A DNA stretch of 64,000 bases from Phenylobacterium sp. (GCF_022402485.1 NZ_JAKRSA010000015.1:49270-113269); one strand, 5' to 3'. Counted from the first letter of the stretch, positions 46,872 to 56,717 are shown. Notes: generated by a model from the sequence alone, not told the origin. Numbers and translations are program-made.

Positions 46872-47864
46872 CTAGGGCAGGAAGTCGAGGGTGTAGGCCG
46901 AGCGGGCATCCAGGTCGGCCGGATAGACCCCCTGCGCCTTGGCCATATCGATGAATTCGTTCCAGCGGGCCTCGGTCATCTGGCCGGTCAGGGCAGGATC
47001 ACCGCCATCGACGATACCGTAGGACTTCAGCTTTGCCCGAGCCTGATCCAGCACGTCCTGCGTCATCTCGGGGTTATCGGCCTTGATCAAGGCGTCGCCT
47101 GGCGACGGGTCGCCGTCCAGATAGGACCTCCAGCCCGCGATACTGGCCTCGACAAAGGCGCGGACGGCTTCGGGATTCTCGGCGATCAACGGGTCCCGCG
47201 CCAGGACCATGGTCGCATAGCCAGGATAGCCGTTGTCGGCCAGGAGGAAGACCTGCGGGGTGAAGCCCGCCTCTTTCTCGATCGTATAGGGCTCCGAGGT
47301 GACATAGCCCTGCTGGGCGACGCGCTTGTCCGACAGGAAGGGCGCGGCGTTGAAGGTGTACTTGCGGACCTGATCATCGGTGAAACCGTACTTGGCCTTC
47401 AGCCACACCCAGAAGGCCGTGACCGAAGCGTCCGACAGCAGGATCGGCCGACCTTTCAGGTCCTCGATGGTCTCGATCCCCTGATCAGGGTGGGCGATGA
47501 GGACCTGGGGATCCTTCTGCATGAAGGCGGCCACGGCCTTCACCGGAGCCTTCTCCTGGGCCAGGTTCAGAACAATGAAGCTGTTGGAGCCCATGCCCAT
47601 GTCGACCGCGCCGGCCGCCAGAAGCTGCGGGACGTTCACCCCTGGCCCGCCCTGGACGATCTCGACCTTCAGGCCCCGCTTCTCATATTCGCCCGTGGCC
47701 AGCGCCTGGTAAAAACCGCCGTGCTCCGCCTGAGCGCGCCAATCGGTGGCGAAACGGACCGTGGTCAAGCCCTCTGCGCCGGTGACCTCGTCTGTGTCTG
47801 TTGCCGGCGCGCAGGCGCAGGCCAAGGCGGCCAAAGCAATGGCGAAGTGGCGCAGCAGCTTCAT
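46872..47864 (-). CDS. ABC substrate-binding lipoprotein (NMT1/THI5-like)
   Basis: Lipobox LACAC, TDWRAQAEHGGFYQA, GYVTSEP. Confidence 0.88.
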   Translation of the reverse strand: MKLLRHFAIALAALACACAPATDTDEVTGAEGLTTVRFATDWRAQAEHGGFYQALATGEYEKRGLKVEIVQGGPGVNVPQLLAAGAVDMGMGSNSFIVLNLAQEKAPVKAVAAFMQKDPQVLIAHPDQGIETIEDLKGRPILLSDASVTAFWVWLKAKYGFTDDQVRKYTFNAAPFLSDKRVAQQGYVTSEPYTIEKEAGFTPQVFLLADNGYPGYATMVLARDPLIAENPEAVRAFVEASIAGWRSYLDGDPSPGDALIKADNPEMTQDVLDQARAKLKSYGIVDGGDPALTGQMTEARWNEFIDMAKAQGVYPADLDARSAYTLDFLP

Positions 47865-47935
47865 GATCGACCCCCGGAATCCAAACCCGCCCTATAGGTA
47901 GGGGGCCGTCGTCCCGCCGCCAAGCGGCTTGGAGG

Positions 47936-50035
47936 TCATGCGACGGCGGGAATGACCTGCGCGTCGGAGGGTTTACGGGGGTCCTGGGTCCAGCGGGCCA
48001 GGGCATTGTTCAGGGCTTCGATCTGGATAGGCTTGCCCAAGGTGTCTGACATGCCCGCCCGGCGGCACCTTTCCATCATCTCAGGCATCACATCAGCGCT
48101 CATGGCGATGATCGGGACCTGGCCGGCTGGCCCCTCCAGCGCGCGGATCATTCGCGTCGCCTCCACCCCGTCCATGACGGGCATATGGATATCCATCAAG
48201 ATCGCATCAAAGCCACCCTTGCGGGCAATCTCCAAGGCCTCTGCGCCGTCGCAGGCCAACTCGACATCGCAACCCAAGAGGTCGAGGACGGTAGCCCCAA
48301 GATCACGGTTCATGGCGTGGTCGTCCACCAGCAACACCCTGACCCGGCCCAGGGCCTGGGCCGGCGCGGCCTCGAGGTCGGGCTCGGTCTGCGCCCGATC
48401 GGCGCGGGCATGGTCGGCAACGATCTCGAACCAGAACGTCGAGCCGGCACCGGGCTGGCTCTTGACCCCGATCAGCCCTCCCATGGCCTCCACCAGGCCC
48501 TTGCAGATCGCAAGACCCAGGCCCGATCCGCCGAAGGCGCGGCTGACTGAGGAATCCGCCTGGGAGAACCTGCGGAACAGACGGGGCATGAGGTCGCGGG
48601 GGATCCCGACCCCGGTGTCCTGCACCTCGAACCGAAGCAGCACGTCTGAGCCCTGATCCCGGGCGGTGAGCTTGAGAAGCACCTGTCCGGCGGCGGTAAA
48701 TTTCACGGCATTGCTCAGCAGGTTCAGCAGGATCTGCCGTACCCGCAGGTCGTCGATCATCACCAGCGCGTCTGTTGGCCCGGTCTGTTCCAATCGAATG
48801 TCCAACCCCTTAGCCTCGGCTGACGGGGCAATGATCTCCAGGGAGTCCTGAGCCACGCCGACTGCCGTCTGGGGTTGAAGGGCGAGCTCAACCTCGCCGG
48901 TCTCCAGGCGCGAATAGTCCAGAATGTCGTTGACGACCGCCAGCAGCGACCCGCCCGCTCGGTGGATGAGCTCCAGTTGCCGGCGGGCCTCATCGGGTAG
49001 GTCGTCCCGTCGGCGAAGGGTCTGGGTGAACCCCAGAATGGAGTTCATCGGCGTGCGGATTTCATGACTCATGGTGGCCAGAAACTCGCTCTTGGCCGCA
49101 TCGGCCGCCTGGGCCCTGGCTTGGGCGCGTTTGGCCGCCCTTGTGCGCATGTCCAGGAGCCGCCGGGTCCGGGCCTGTTCCGACACGATCAAGGCCACCG
49201 ACAGGCTGGTGAACAGGGCGGTGGCGATGATGAACTGTAGGTTGAGGATCTGCTGGGGTTGGCTCAGGCCGCTTTGATCTGGGGGGCCGAGGGCAACCAT
49301 GGTGATCGAGATGATCGCCATCATCAGCGTCGACAGGGCAACGCCCCTTGGTCCCAGGCGGAAGGCTGCGGCCACCAGAGCCGGGGTCAGCAGCATGGGC
49401 GCTGGCACGGTGTGGGGCATATAGGCCACCGCGCTGGTGACCGCCACGAGCCCATAGACAATGAACTGTTCGACGTTGGACCGGCTGGGCCTCTGGCTCT
49501 CCCGGTGATCGACGAGCAGCAGCACTGTGGGGAGGGTGATCGCCATACCCAGCGCGTTGGCTGTGAACCAGCCGATCATGATCTCTTGGGCGGAGTGTGT
49601 GAGATACCCCAGTGTCATCCCGGCGATCAGGGCCGTAAGCGCTGTGGTGGGGACGATGGCGAACACAGCGATCCGCAGCAGAGTCGAGAGATCTGAGATG
49701 CGCCGGCGGGTTCCGCAAATACGCCGTACCAGCAAGGCCGCGACAGTCGCCTCCAGCAGGTTGAGGCCCGCATAGATCGGCAGGGCGCTCAGGGGCGCGC
49801 CTATCGAGATGTTGACCGCCACGCCGGCGAGGGTGCAGGCCGCCGCCAGGACGACCGCACGGCGAAGGGGAAGAAGGACAAAACCCGCGGCGAGCAGGCC
49901 ACTCGGCAGCCATAGCGCGGCCACCCCGCCGCTTTCCCGGGTCAGGGCGACACAAAACAGCGCCGTCGCGCCGAAGCCGAGGGTAAGAACCAGCCCCAGC
50001 AAAGTATCGCGCTGGAGGTCCTTGCTGATGACCAT
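47936..50035 (-). CDS. Hybrid sensor histidine kinase/response regulator with MASE1-like membrane domain
   Basis: LWLPSG TM block, FLATMSHEIRTP, GGSGLGLAI, receiver LLVDDH..LMDIHMPVMDG. ATG 50035 preferred over the ORF-track start. Confidence 0.9.
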   Translation of the reverse strand: MVISKDLQRDTLLGLVLTLGFGATALFCVALTRESGGVAALWLPSGLLAAGFVLLPLRRAVVLAAACTLAGVAVNISIGAPLSALPIYAGLNLLEATVAALLVRRICGTRRRISDLSTLLRIAVFAIVPTTALTALIAGMTLGYLTHSAQEIMIGWFTANALGMAITLPTVLLLVDHRESQRPSRSNVEQFIVYGLVAVTSAVAYMPHTVPAPMLLTPALVAAAFRLGPRGVALSTLMMAIISITMVALGPPDQSGLSQPQQILNLQFIIATALFTSLSVALIVSEQARTRRLLDMRTRAAKRAQARAQAADAAKSEFLATMSHEIRTPMNSILGFTQTLRRRDDLPDEARRQLELIHRAGGSLLAVVNDILDYSRLETGEVELALQPQTAVGVAQDSLEIIAPSAEAKGLDIRLEQTGPTDALVMIDDLRVRQILLNLLSNAVKFTAAGQVLLKLTARDQGSDVLLRFEVQDTGVGIPRDLMPRLFRRFSQADSSVSRAFGGSGLGLAICKGLVEAMGGLIGVKSQPGAGSTFWFEIVADHARADRAQTEPDLEAAPAQALGRVRVLLVDDHAMNRDLGATVLDLLGCDVELACDGAEALEIARKGGFDAILMDIHMPVMDGVEATRMIRALEGPAGQVPIIAMSADVMPEMMERCRRAGMSDTLGKPIQIEALNNALARWTQDPRKPSDAQVIPAVA

Positions 50036-50169
50036 GGGTGTCCTGCTCCCCGAACTGGGGACACTATCGTCAAGCTGTGGCGCCAAATGGTTAAGTCGTA
50101 CAGCCCTGCATAGGCCAAGGGCGCGCCCGACGGTCTCGCACCACACGGCCAGGATGCCGCCCATGGCAA

Positions 50170-50432
50170 GAGGGCGGCGCTGCGGCAGGCCGCAGCGTCG
50201 CCCTCATTCCAGACCCTTTCGGACCTGTGTCGCTAGGTCAGCGTGACTTCGAGCACGGGCTTCCCCGCAGGTTTCCGTCACACTGGTGTCTCTGGCACCT
50301 GGGCGCCGGGTCTCCCCGTCGCCGCGGGTCCTGAGGCCTTCCGCTCCATCTGCCTCTCGGTTTCCCGGTTGGCCAGGGCTGCGGTCCCTCTCGACCCCTT
50401 GACTTTGACCCCGAACCCGTTAGGCAGCAAGC
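50170..50432 (-). ncRNA. Candidate structured non-coding RNA (~265 nt, unnamed)
   Basis: No credible ORF. Several hairpins with purine tetraloops (CGG-gaaa-CCG, GGCGaCGGG-gaga-CCCGgCGCC, GCGGG-gaag-CCCGT, CAGGTCC-gaaa-GGGTCTG), a 16-bp terminal stem (50170-50205) and an upstream CATACT -10-like hexamer. Confidence 0.5.
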
Positions 50433-50562
50433 GCCCCGAGTATGGCTCTTTGCGTCACCTTGTGACTCGGCGGTGGACAAGCTGGGGACCGTCTGTGGAC
50501 GCGCATCCCTTTATCCTGAAACTTCAGAGAAAAAATTGTCCACAGGAAGATGCGGCTGCCGT

Positions 50563-52419
50563 TCAGCGGCCCGCCTCAAGGGCTTCCCGGCGTTCTTCCA
50601 GCTCCAGCCACTCCAGTTCAGCCGCCTCAAGCTTCTCCCGAGCCTTTGCCAGGGCGAGGCCGAAGCGATCAAAGGCCGCTGGATCACGGCCATACAGCGC
50701 TGGATCAGCCAACTGTTGTTCCAGGAGCGCGATTTGCCCAGGCAAGTCGGCGATCAGACCGTTCAGTTCCTCCAGCCTGCGCTGCTCCTTGTAGGACAGC
50801 TTTGCCCCCTTGGTCTTGAGGGTCCCTGAACCGGAGGCAGATGGGGGCACCGACACAGGTGCCGAGCCCGTCGACAGGGGCTGTCCCCGGCGTCCACCGG
50901 GGGCCTTGGCTGGTGAGACGCCAAAGAAGCCGGGGTTCTGGCTCAGGAAATCGAGCCAGCCTCCGGGGGTCTCCACCACCTGACCCCGTCCATTCAGGCC
51001 GATGGTGGAGGTGGCCAACCGGTCGACGAAATCCCGATCATGGCTGACCAGGATCAAGGTGCCCTCATAGTCGGAGAGCATCTCTTCCAGCAGGTCGAGG
51101 GTCTCCATGTCCAGGTCGTTGGTCGGCTCGTCCAGAACCATCAGATTGGCCGGCTGGGCCAGGGCCCTGGCCAGCAGCAGGCGGTTTCGCTCACCCCCCG
51201 ACAGGCTGCGAACCGGCTGGCGGATCTGAGCGTCGGTGAACAGAAACTCCTTGGCATAGGCCGCCACATGCTTGGGCGCGCCCCGAACCATGATCTGGTC
51301 CCCGCCCAGGGGCGCTAGAGCGTCCTTGAGCAGCATGTCGTCCTTCAGATCGGCGCGGGCCTGATCGATATAGGCCACCTCAAGATTGGTCCCGAGGATT
51401 ACCTGGCCGGAGTCGGCTGGCAGGGTCCCGAGCAGCAGCTTGACCAGGGTGGTCTTGCCCGCCCCATTGGGCCCGACCACGGCGATCCGATCGCCACGGA
51501 GGATACGGGTGGAAAAATCGTCCAGGATCACCCGATCGCCGAAACGCTTGGAGAGGCCTTTGACTTCGACCACGCGCTGGCCTGAGGTCCCGGCTGAGGC
51601 CACGCCCATGGACATCGATCCCCGAGTGTCTCGCAGGCGCTCAGCCTTGGCCTCGCGCATCTCCATCAGCCTTCGGCGGCGGCCTTCATTTCGGGCCCGA
51701 CGGCCGGTGACGCCCCTGGCCAGCCAATGGGTTTCACGCTCCAGGGCCTTGTCCTGGCGGCGCGCCTCGTCGGCCTCAGCGGCGGTAAGCTGCTCGACCC
51801 AGGCGTCAAAGGCGCCAAATCCCCGGTCGAGTTTTCGCACCTTGCGGTTCTCAAGCCAGAAGCAGCGCTGTGTGACCCGTTCGAGGAAGGCGCGGTCGTG
51901 GCTGACGATCAGCACGCTGGCCCGACTGGCGGCGATGGCCGTTTCCAGGGTTTCAATCGCCAGGATGTCCAGGTGGTTGGTCGGCTCATCCAGCAGCAGG
52001 ACATCGGGGTCCTCGGCCAGGGCCCGGGCCAAGGCGACCCGGCGGGTTTCTCCCCCGGAGAGGCCGATGGCGGCCTTGCTGGGGTCGAGGCCAAAGCTCT
52101 CAAGCGCCGTGGCGGCCTCATGAGGTGCCGCCCCGCCTGCGGTGGCGTGGTCGAGCAGGGTCTCGCCCTCGATCAAGGGCTCCTGCAGCACATAGGCCAC
52201 CTTCGTGCCCGGCGTGACCGCGCGCTCGCCGTCATCGGCCTCCATCAGGCCCGCCAGAATGCGCATCAGCGTCGACTTGCCCGCCCCATTGCGCCCAACC
52301 AAGGCGGCGCGGCTACGGGGTTCCAGCGCCAGATCGACGCCGTCGAACAGCATGCGGGGCCCGTCAGCGAGACGGACATTCTTGAGGGCAAGGACGGGGG
52401 GCTTCATGGGGGTAGGCAC
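50563..52419 (-). CDS. uup: ABC-F family ATPase (Uup-like)
   Basis: Two ABC cassettes (GRNGAGKST; GPNGAGKTT), DEPTNHLD/DEPTNDLD, C-terminal KLSYKEQR...WLELEE. Confidence 0.88.
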   Translation of the reverse strand: MPTPMKPPVLALKNVRLADGPRMLFDGVDLALEPRSRAALVGRNGAGKSTLMRILAGLMEADDGERAVTPGTKVAYVLQEPLIEGETLLDHATAGGAAPHEAATALESFGLDPSKAAIGLSGGETRRVALARALAEDPDVLLLDEPTNHLDILAIETLETAIAASRASVLIVSHDRAFLERVTQRCFWLENRKVRKLDRGFGAFDAWVEQLTAAEADEARRQDKALERETHWLARGVTGRRARNEGRRRRLMEMREAKAERLRDTRGSMSMGVASAGTSGQRVVEVKGLSKRFGDRVILDDFSTRILRGDRIAVVGPNGAGKTTLVKLLLGTLPADSGQVILGTNLEVAYIDQARADLKDDMLLKDALAPLGGDQIMVRGAPKHVAAYAKEFLFTDAQIRQPVRSLSGGERNRLLLARALAQPANLMVLDEPTNDLDMETLDLLEEMLSDYEGTLILVSHDRDFVDRLATSTIGLNGRGQVVETPGGWLDFLSQNPGFFGVSPAKAPGGRRGQPLSTGSAPVSVPPSASGSGTLKTKGAKLSYKEQRRLEELNGLIADLPGQIALLEQQLADPALYGRDPAAFDRFGLALAKAREKLEAAELEWLELEERREALEAGR

Positions 52420-52485
52420 ATAGCGCGGTTTGACGGCCCTGCAAGCGCTCAGGGTTTGAACACCCTTGGCGCGCCGGTGGCCGTC

Positions 52486-52734
52486 TCAGCCCTCGCCAAA
52501 CGGCGGCGGCAATGGACCAGAGCGGAAATGGATCACCGGGGTCTCGTCATAATCCCCCATCTCAGTGTCGGCCGTGACCGAGAACGCGACCACAGCGACG
52601 CGGTTGGGCGCGAGCCGCTCAGCCTTGCGACGGGCCTCCTCAGCGTTGGCGCAGCCGACCTGGGGTTCAGCTTTCAGGCTTTTGCCTCGGCCCGCGACGT
52701 ACGACTGGAGGATATGCACCGTTTCTTTCGCCAT
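52486..52734 (-). CDS. Small hypothetical protein (82 aa)
   Basis: MAKETVHILQSY...; SD-like sequence upstream; fits between pbpC and uup. Confidence 0.7.
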   Translation of the reverse strand: MAKETVHILQSYVAGRGKSLKAEPQVGCANAEEARRKAERLAPNRVAVVAFSVTADTEMGDYDETPVIHFRSGPLPPPFGEG

Positions 52735-52776
52735 CCCTATCTCGGCCGCTGATTGGGCGGTGGCGTCAAGGGCTGG

Positions 52777-55062
52777 CTAGAACGGGATGTCATCCTCGGG
52801 GAGCGGGCGGCTGTTGTCGAACGCGTCCCGGGGCTGCGGCTGACTGGGTTCCGGCGGCAGGGGTGGGGGCTCAGCCCGCACAGCGGCATCGGCGAACTCA
52901 CTGGCCAGACCTTGGTAAAACGGGTTGCGCGGGTCCTCGTCGAACATGGGTTCAGGGTCAGGCAGCAGCCAGTCGAACTCGCGGATCTCCAGGTCTTTGT
53001 GCGCCTCGATCATCAGTTGCCGCCAGATCTGAGCGGGGATGGCCCCCCCAGTGACCCGGTTCATGGGCGTGTCGTCGTCATTGCCGACCCAGACGCCGGT
53101 GACGTATTCCGGTGTGAAGCCGATGAACCAGGCGTCGCGCCAGTTCTGGCTGGTGCCGGTCTTGCCTGCTGCCGGCCAGTCAAAGGCGGCCCGCGCTCCG
53201 GTTCCGCCGGGTGCCAGCACCTTGCCCATCATTTTCACCATCATGCTGGCGTGGCTGATATCCAGGGCCGGCACGGGGGCGGAGGGAACCCTTGCGAACA
53301 CGCCCTCACCCTCGACGGTCCGGATTTCCTCGATAATCGAGGGCGTCAGGCGTCCGCCGGCCTGCTGGAAGACCTGGAAGCCGCTGGTCAGCTCCAGCAA
53401 GGTCACTTCAAAGGCCCCCAGGGTTACCGACAGGTCTGGATTGCGCGGAATGGAGGTCAAGCCAAACCGGGCTGAGATGTCACCCAGCGCCGGGCCGCCG
53501 GCCTCGGCACCCAGTTTCACAGCCACCGTGTTGATGGAGCGCGACAGGGCCGTCTCCACGGTCACGGAGCCGCGATATCCCTCGCCATAGTTGCCGGGCT
53601 GCCAGTCCCCGAATTTCACCGGTCCGTCGACGCGGATATCGGTGGGCAGAACACCCTTCTCCAGGGCAGCCGCATAGACAAAAGGCTTGAAGGTCGAGCC
53701 GGGCTGGCGCTTGGCCTGGGTCGCCCGGTTGAAGACGCTGCGGGTGTAGTCCACCCCGCCGACCATGGCGCGCACCGAGCCGTCCGGGCCTAAGGTGACC
53801 AGGGCGGCCTGATCGGCCCCAGCGGTCACGCCATCGGTGGCCATGATCTGGCTGAGGATCCGGGCGGCCTCGTTCTGCAGCACCGGGTCGATCGACAGAC
53901 GAACCATGAGGTCAGGGGAATTGGGCCCGATCCGCCGCAGAACCTCGGTGGTGGCATGATCCAAGAGATAGCCATACGGACCGTCGGACGATGTGGCCGT
54001 CGGCGCCAGGGCCGGGGTCTGGCTCTGGGCGGCGATCATTTCCTCCCGGGTGATCCAGCCGGTTTCCTGCATGCGCTGAAGCACCCAGCGCGATCGCGCC
54101 AGGGCGGCGGGCATGTCGTTGGTCAAGGCCAGTCGGGAGGGTGCCTTGGGCAGAGCCGCCAGCAGGGCAGATTCTGCCAGGGTCAACTGGCTGGCGGGTT
54201 TGCCGAAGTAAGTCCGGGCCGCCCCATCCACCCCAAAGGTGTTGGCCCCGAAAAAGACCCGGTTGAGATAGAGCTCAAGTACCTCGTCCTTGGTCAGCAT
54301 CCGTTCCAGGCGCCAGGCCAGGACAGCCTCCTGCAGCTTGCGCTGTGCTGTCTGGTCGGGCGTCAGGAACAGGCTTTTGGCGATCTGCTGCGAGAGGGTC
54401 GATCCCCCCTGGACCACCCGGCCAGCCCGGAAGTTCACATAGGCCGCCCGCGCAATCGCCTGCAGGTCGATAGGGCCGTGCTGATAGAAGCGATGATCCT
54501 CCGCCGCCAGGAAGGCCAAGGGGACATGCGGTGGCAGGTCCGTCAGACGCACCCGGTCCCCATAGCGCGGGCCTCGGGTGGCGATCAGGTCGCCGTTTCG
54601 GTCGAAGAACTTGATCCCAGGCGCACGGTTGAAGGCATAAAGCTGAGCCCTTGCCGGAAGCTCAGGGATGTCCTGCAGGAACCGCTGCTGAATATAGACG
54701 CCCCCGGCGACGAGGACCGCGGCCAAAAGCACGCCGGCCAAAACCAGGGACTTCCAAACCCAACCCCAGCGACGCTGCTTTGGCGGACGGGGCAAGATGA
54801 ACGGGGGATCCTCTCCGCCGGGCCCGCTGCCCTGTCCACCACCGCCTCCGGGCGGGGGCAGGGGGCGTCGACCAAAGCCTTCGTCCTGATGGTCTGGCGC
54901 AGGATTGCCCGGTGCAGGCCGCGGTAAGCTGTCTTTGGGCCCGATAGCTGAGCCGGGGGCCGTCTGTGGCGCCGGGGCATCGGGCTGCGCCGCGCCGGGC
55001 CTGCGTGGCCGGCCCGGCTCGTCGTCCGGAAAGCGGTAGGGGTCTAGGGTCCAGTCGTTCAC
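52777..55062 (-). CDS. pbpC: Class A penicillin-binding protein, Caulobacter PbpC type (not E. coli PBP1C)
   Basis: GT motifs EDHRFYQH, GGSTLSQQ, YLNRVFFG; TP motifs STFK, SIN, KTG; Pro-rich cytoplasmic tail starting MNDWTLDPYRF. Confidence 0.82.
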   Translation of the reverse strand: MNDWTLDPYRFPDDEPGRPRRPGAAQPDAPAPQTAPGSAIGPKDSLPRPAPGNPAPDHQDEGFGRRPLPPPGGGGGQGSGPGGEDPPFILPRPPKQRRWGWVWKSLVLAGVLLAAVLVAGGVYIQQRFLQDIPELPARAQLYAFNRAPGIKFFDRNGDLIATRGPRYGDRVRLTDLPPHVPLAFLAAEDHRFYQHGPIDLQAIARAAYVNFRAGRVVQGGSTLSQQIAKSLFLTPDQTAQRKLQEAVLAWRLERMLTKDEVLELYLNRVFFGANTFGVDGAARTYFGKPASQLTLAESALLAALPKAPSRLALTNDMPAALARSRWVLQRMQETGWITREEMIAAQSQTPALAPTATSSDGPYGYLLDHATTEVLRRIGPNSPDLMVRLSIDPVLQNEAARILSQIMATDGVTAGADQAALVTLGPDGSVRAMVGGVDYTRSVFNRATQAKRQPGSTFKPFVYAAALEKGVLPTDIRVDGPVKFGDWQPGNYGEGYRGSVTVETALSRSINTVAVKLGAEAGGPALGDISARFGLTSIPRNPDLSVTLGAFEVTLLELTSGFQVFQQAGGRLTPSIIEEIRTVEGEGVFARVPSAPVPALDISHASMMVKMMGKVLAPGGTGARAAFDWPAAGKTGTSQNWRDAWFIGFTPEYVTGVWVGNDDDTPMNRVTGGAIPAQIWRQLMIEAHKDLEIREFDWLLPDPEPMFDEDPRNPFYQGLASEFADAAVRAEPPPLPPEPSQPQPRDAFDNSRPLPEDDIPF

Positions 55063-55139
55063 GTTTTTCGAAGGTTTGGCGTCGGTCGGGGGCGTCGGAG
55101 TGTTTGTCTCTAGCGGCGCTTTGGGTTTAGGACGGTCCC

Positions 55140-55607
55140 GTGAGCAGGCACAAACCCTTTTGGCGCGCCAAGACCCTCGAACAGATGACGGCTCAAGAGT
55201 GGGAGAGCCTATGCGATGGTTGCGGTCTATGCTGTCTCGTTCGCTTCGAGGACGAGGATAGTGGTCAAGTTATCCCCACCCGCGTGCATTGTCGCTTATT
55301 CGATCCTGAGACCTGTACCTGTTCGAACTATGCTGAGCGTCGCAAACATGTTCCCGACTGCATAAAGTTGAGCCCGGGCAATATCGCTAAGCTGCCCTGG
55401 ATGCCGCTGAGTTGCGCCTATAGGCGCCTGCACGAAGGTAAAGATCTTCCAGCCTGGCATCCCCTGGTGACGGGCGACCCGGAAAGCGTCCATGAAGCGG
55501 GGGTCTCGATCCGAGGTCAGACCCTCAATGAGGATGACCTGGCCGACCCTGAGGATGCCTGGGCCTACGCCGCCTGGGATCTCCTGGAAGATCGCAGCGG
55601 GGATTGA
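55140..55607 (+). CDS. YcgN family cysteine-cluster protein
   Basis: EWESLCDGCGLCC, CSNYAER...VPDC, WMPLSCAYR. Confidence 0.92.
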   Translation: MSRHKPFWRAKTLEQMTAQEWESLCDGCGLCCLVRFEDEDSGQVIPTRVHCRLFDPETCTCSNYAERRKHVPDCIKLSPGNIAKLPWMPLSCAYRRLHEGKDLPAWHPLVTGDPESVHEAGVSIRGQTLNEDDLADPEDAWAYAAWDLLEDRSGD

Positions 55608-55729
55608 AGCCGTGTTCGCACTCGCCACAGGGTGTGTGTTAAAAATGCAACATTGCCACTTGCGTGACTTGGCGCGCTGCACAATCTAGAGCCCACAGAG
55701 CTTATCGGACCAGAGAAGAGGTTACCCCC

Positions 55730-56662
55730 TTGGCGCGCGATCCCTACCAGGAACTGGGCGTTCCCCGCGGCGCGGGCGAGGACGAGATCCGCAAGGCCTT
55801 CCGCAACCTCGCCAAGAAGCACCACCCCGACGCCAATCCCGGTGACAAGGCTGCCGAGGAGCGCTTCAAGCGTGTCAGCGCGGCCTTCGACATCCTGGGG
55901 GATCCCGATAAGCGCAAGAAGTTCGACGCCGGCGAAATCGATGCCGACGGCCATGAGACGGCGCGAGGCTTTGGCGCAGGCTGGAGCCCGGGCGGATTTG
56001 AGGGGCGGCGCGGTCAGACGCGGGCAGAAACCTTCGACGGGGTCGATCTCGGCGACATCCTGGGGGACATGTTTGGAGCCAGAGGCGGCGCGCGGGGCTC
56101 TGGTGGGGGCTTTGGTGGCGGTGTGGCCCGCGGCGCGGACGTGCGCGCCAAGCTTGAGATCGATCTCGAGGAGGCCATCGCCGGGGGCAAGAAGCGTATC
56201 GCCTTTTCCGACGGTCGCACCATCGATGTGACCATCCCCAAGGCCGCCGCCGAAGGGCAGACCCTGCGCCTGAAGGGGCAGGGGTCGCCAGGCCGGGCCG
56301 GTCCGGGGGATGCCTTTATTGAGCTGGTGGTCCGCCCCCATCCGATCTTTCACCGGGAGGGCGAGCGCCTGGTGATGGACCTACCGGTCAGCGTCTATGA
56401 TGCGGTTCTGGGGGGCAAGGTCGAGGCACCGACCCCTGAAGGGCCCGTAACGCTCACCGTTCCCAAGGGCTCCAACTCCGGGGCGATGCTGCGTCTCAAA
56501 GGCCGGGGGCTGCCCGATGCGACCGGGCAGCGTGGCGACCTGTTGGCGCGGCTGGTGATTACCCTGCCGGAGAAACCCGACGCTGAACTCACCGCGTTCG
56601 CTGAAGGCTGGCGCAACAAGCGGCCCTATCACCCCAAGCCAGCCCCCCGTCGTGGCGGTTAA
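55730..56662 (+). CDS. DnaJ-class chaperone (CbpA-like)
   Basis: J domain with HPD, G/F-rich linker, C-terminal domain, no Zn finger; TTG start at 55730. Confidence 0.9.
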   Translation: MARDPYQELGVPRGAGEDEIRKAFRNLAKKHHPDANPGDKAAEERFKRVSAAFDILGDPDKRKKFDAGEIDADGHETARGFGAGWSPGGFEGRRGQTRAETFDGVDLGDILGDMFGARGGARGSGGGFGGGVARGADVRAKLEIDLEEAIAGGKKRIAFSDGRTIDVTIPKAAAEGQTLRLKGQGSPGRAGPGDAFIELVVRPHPIFHREGERLVMDLPVSVYDAVLGGKVEAPTPEGPVTLTVPKGSNSGAMLRLKGRGLPDATGQRGDLLARLVITLPEKPDAELTAFAEGWRNKRPYHPKPAPRRGG

Positions 56663-56717
56663 GGTCATGATCGCTACCCTTGGTGACAGCCGATCCCAGC
56701 GGTTCCCTAAGCGAGCC

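Noticed and set aside
47865-47935. TPP riboswitch ahead of the NMT1/THI5-like ABC operon
   Set aside because: The gap is only ~70 nt and has no CTGAGA or TGAxCxxGxTAAT core; substrate left unassigned.
50210-50235. SRP RNA-like CAGGTCCGAAAGG
   Set aside because: Lacks the following AAGCAGC asymmetric-loop motif and the long SRP stem.
50419-50457. tmRNA-like tag (minus-strand frame ending LGALAA-stop)
   Set aside because: No tRNA-like domain (no T-arm GGTTCGA, no acceptor/CCA) around it; treated as coincidence or an unproven micro-ORF.
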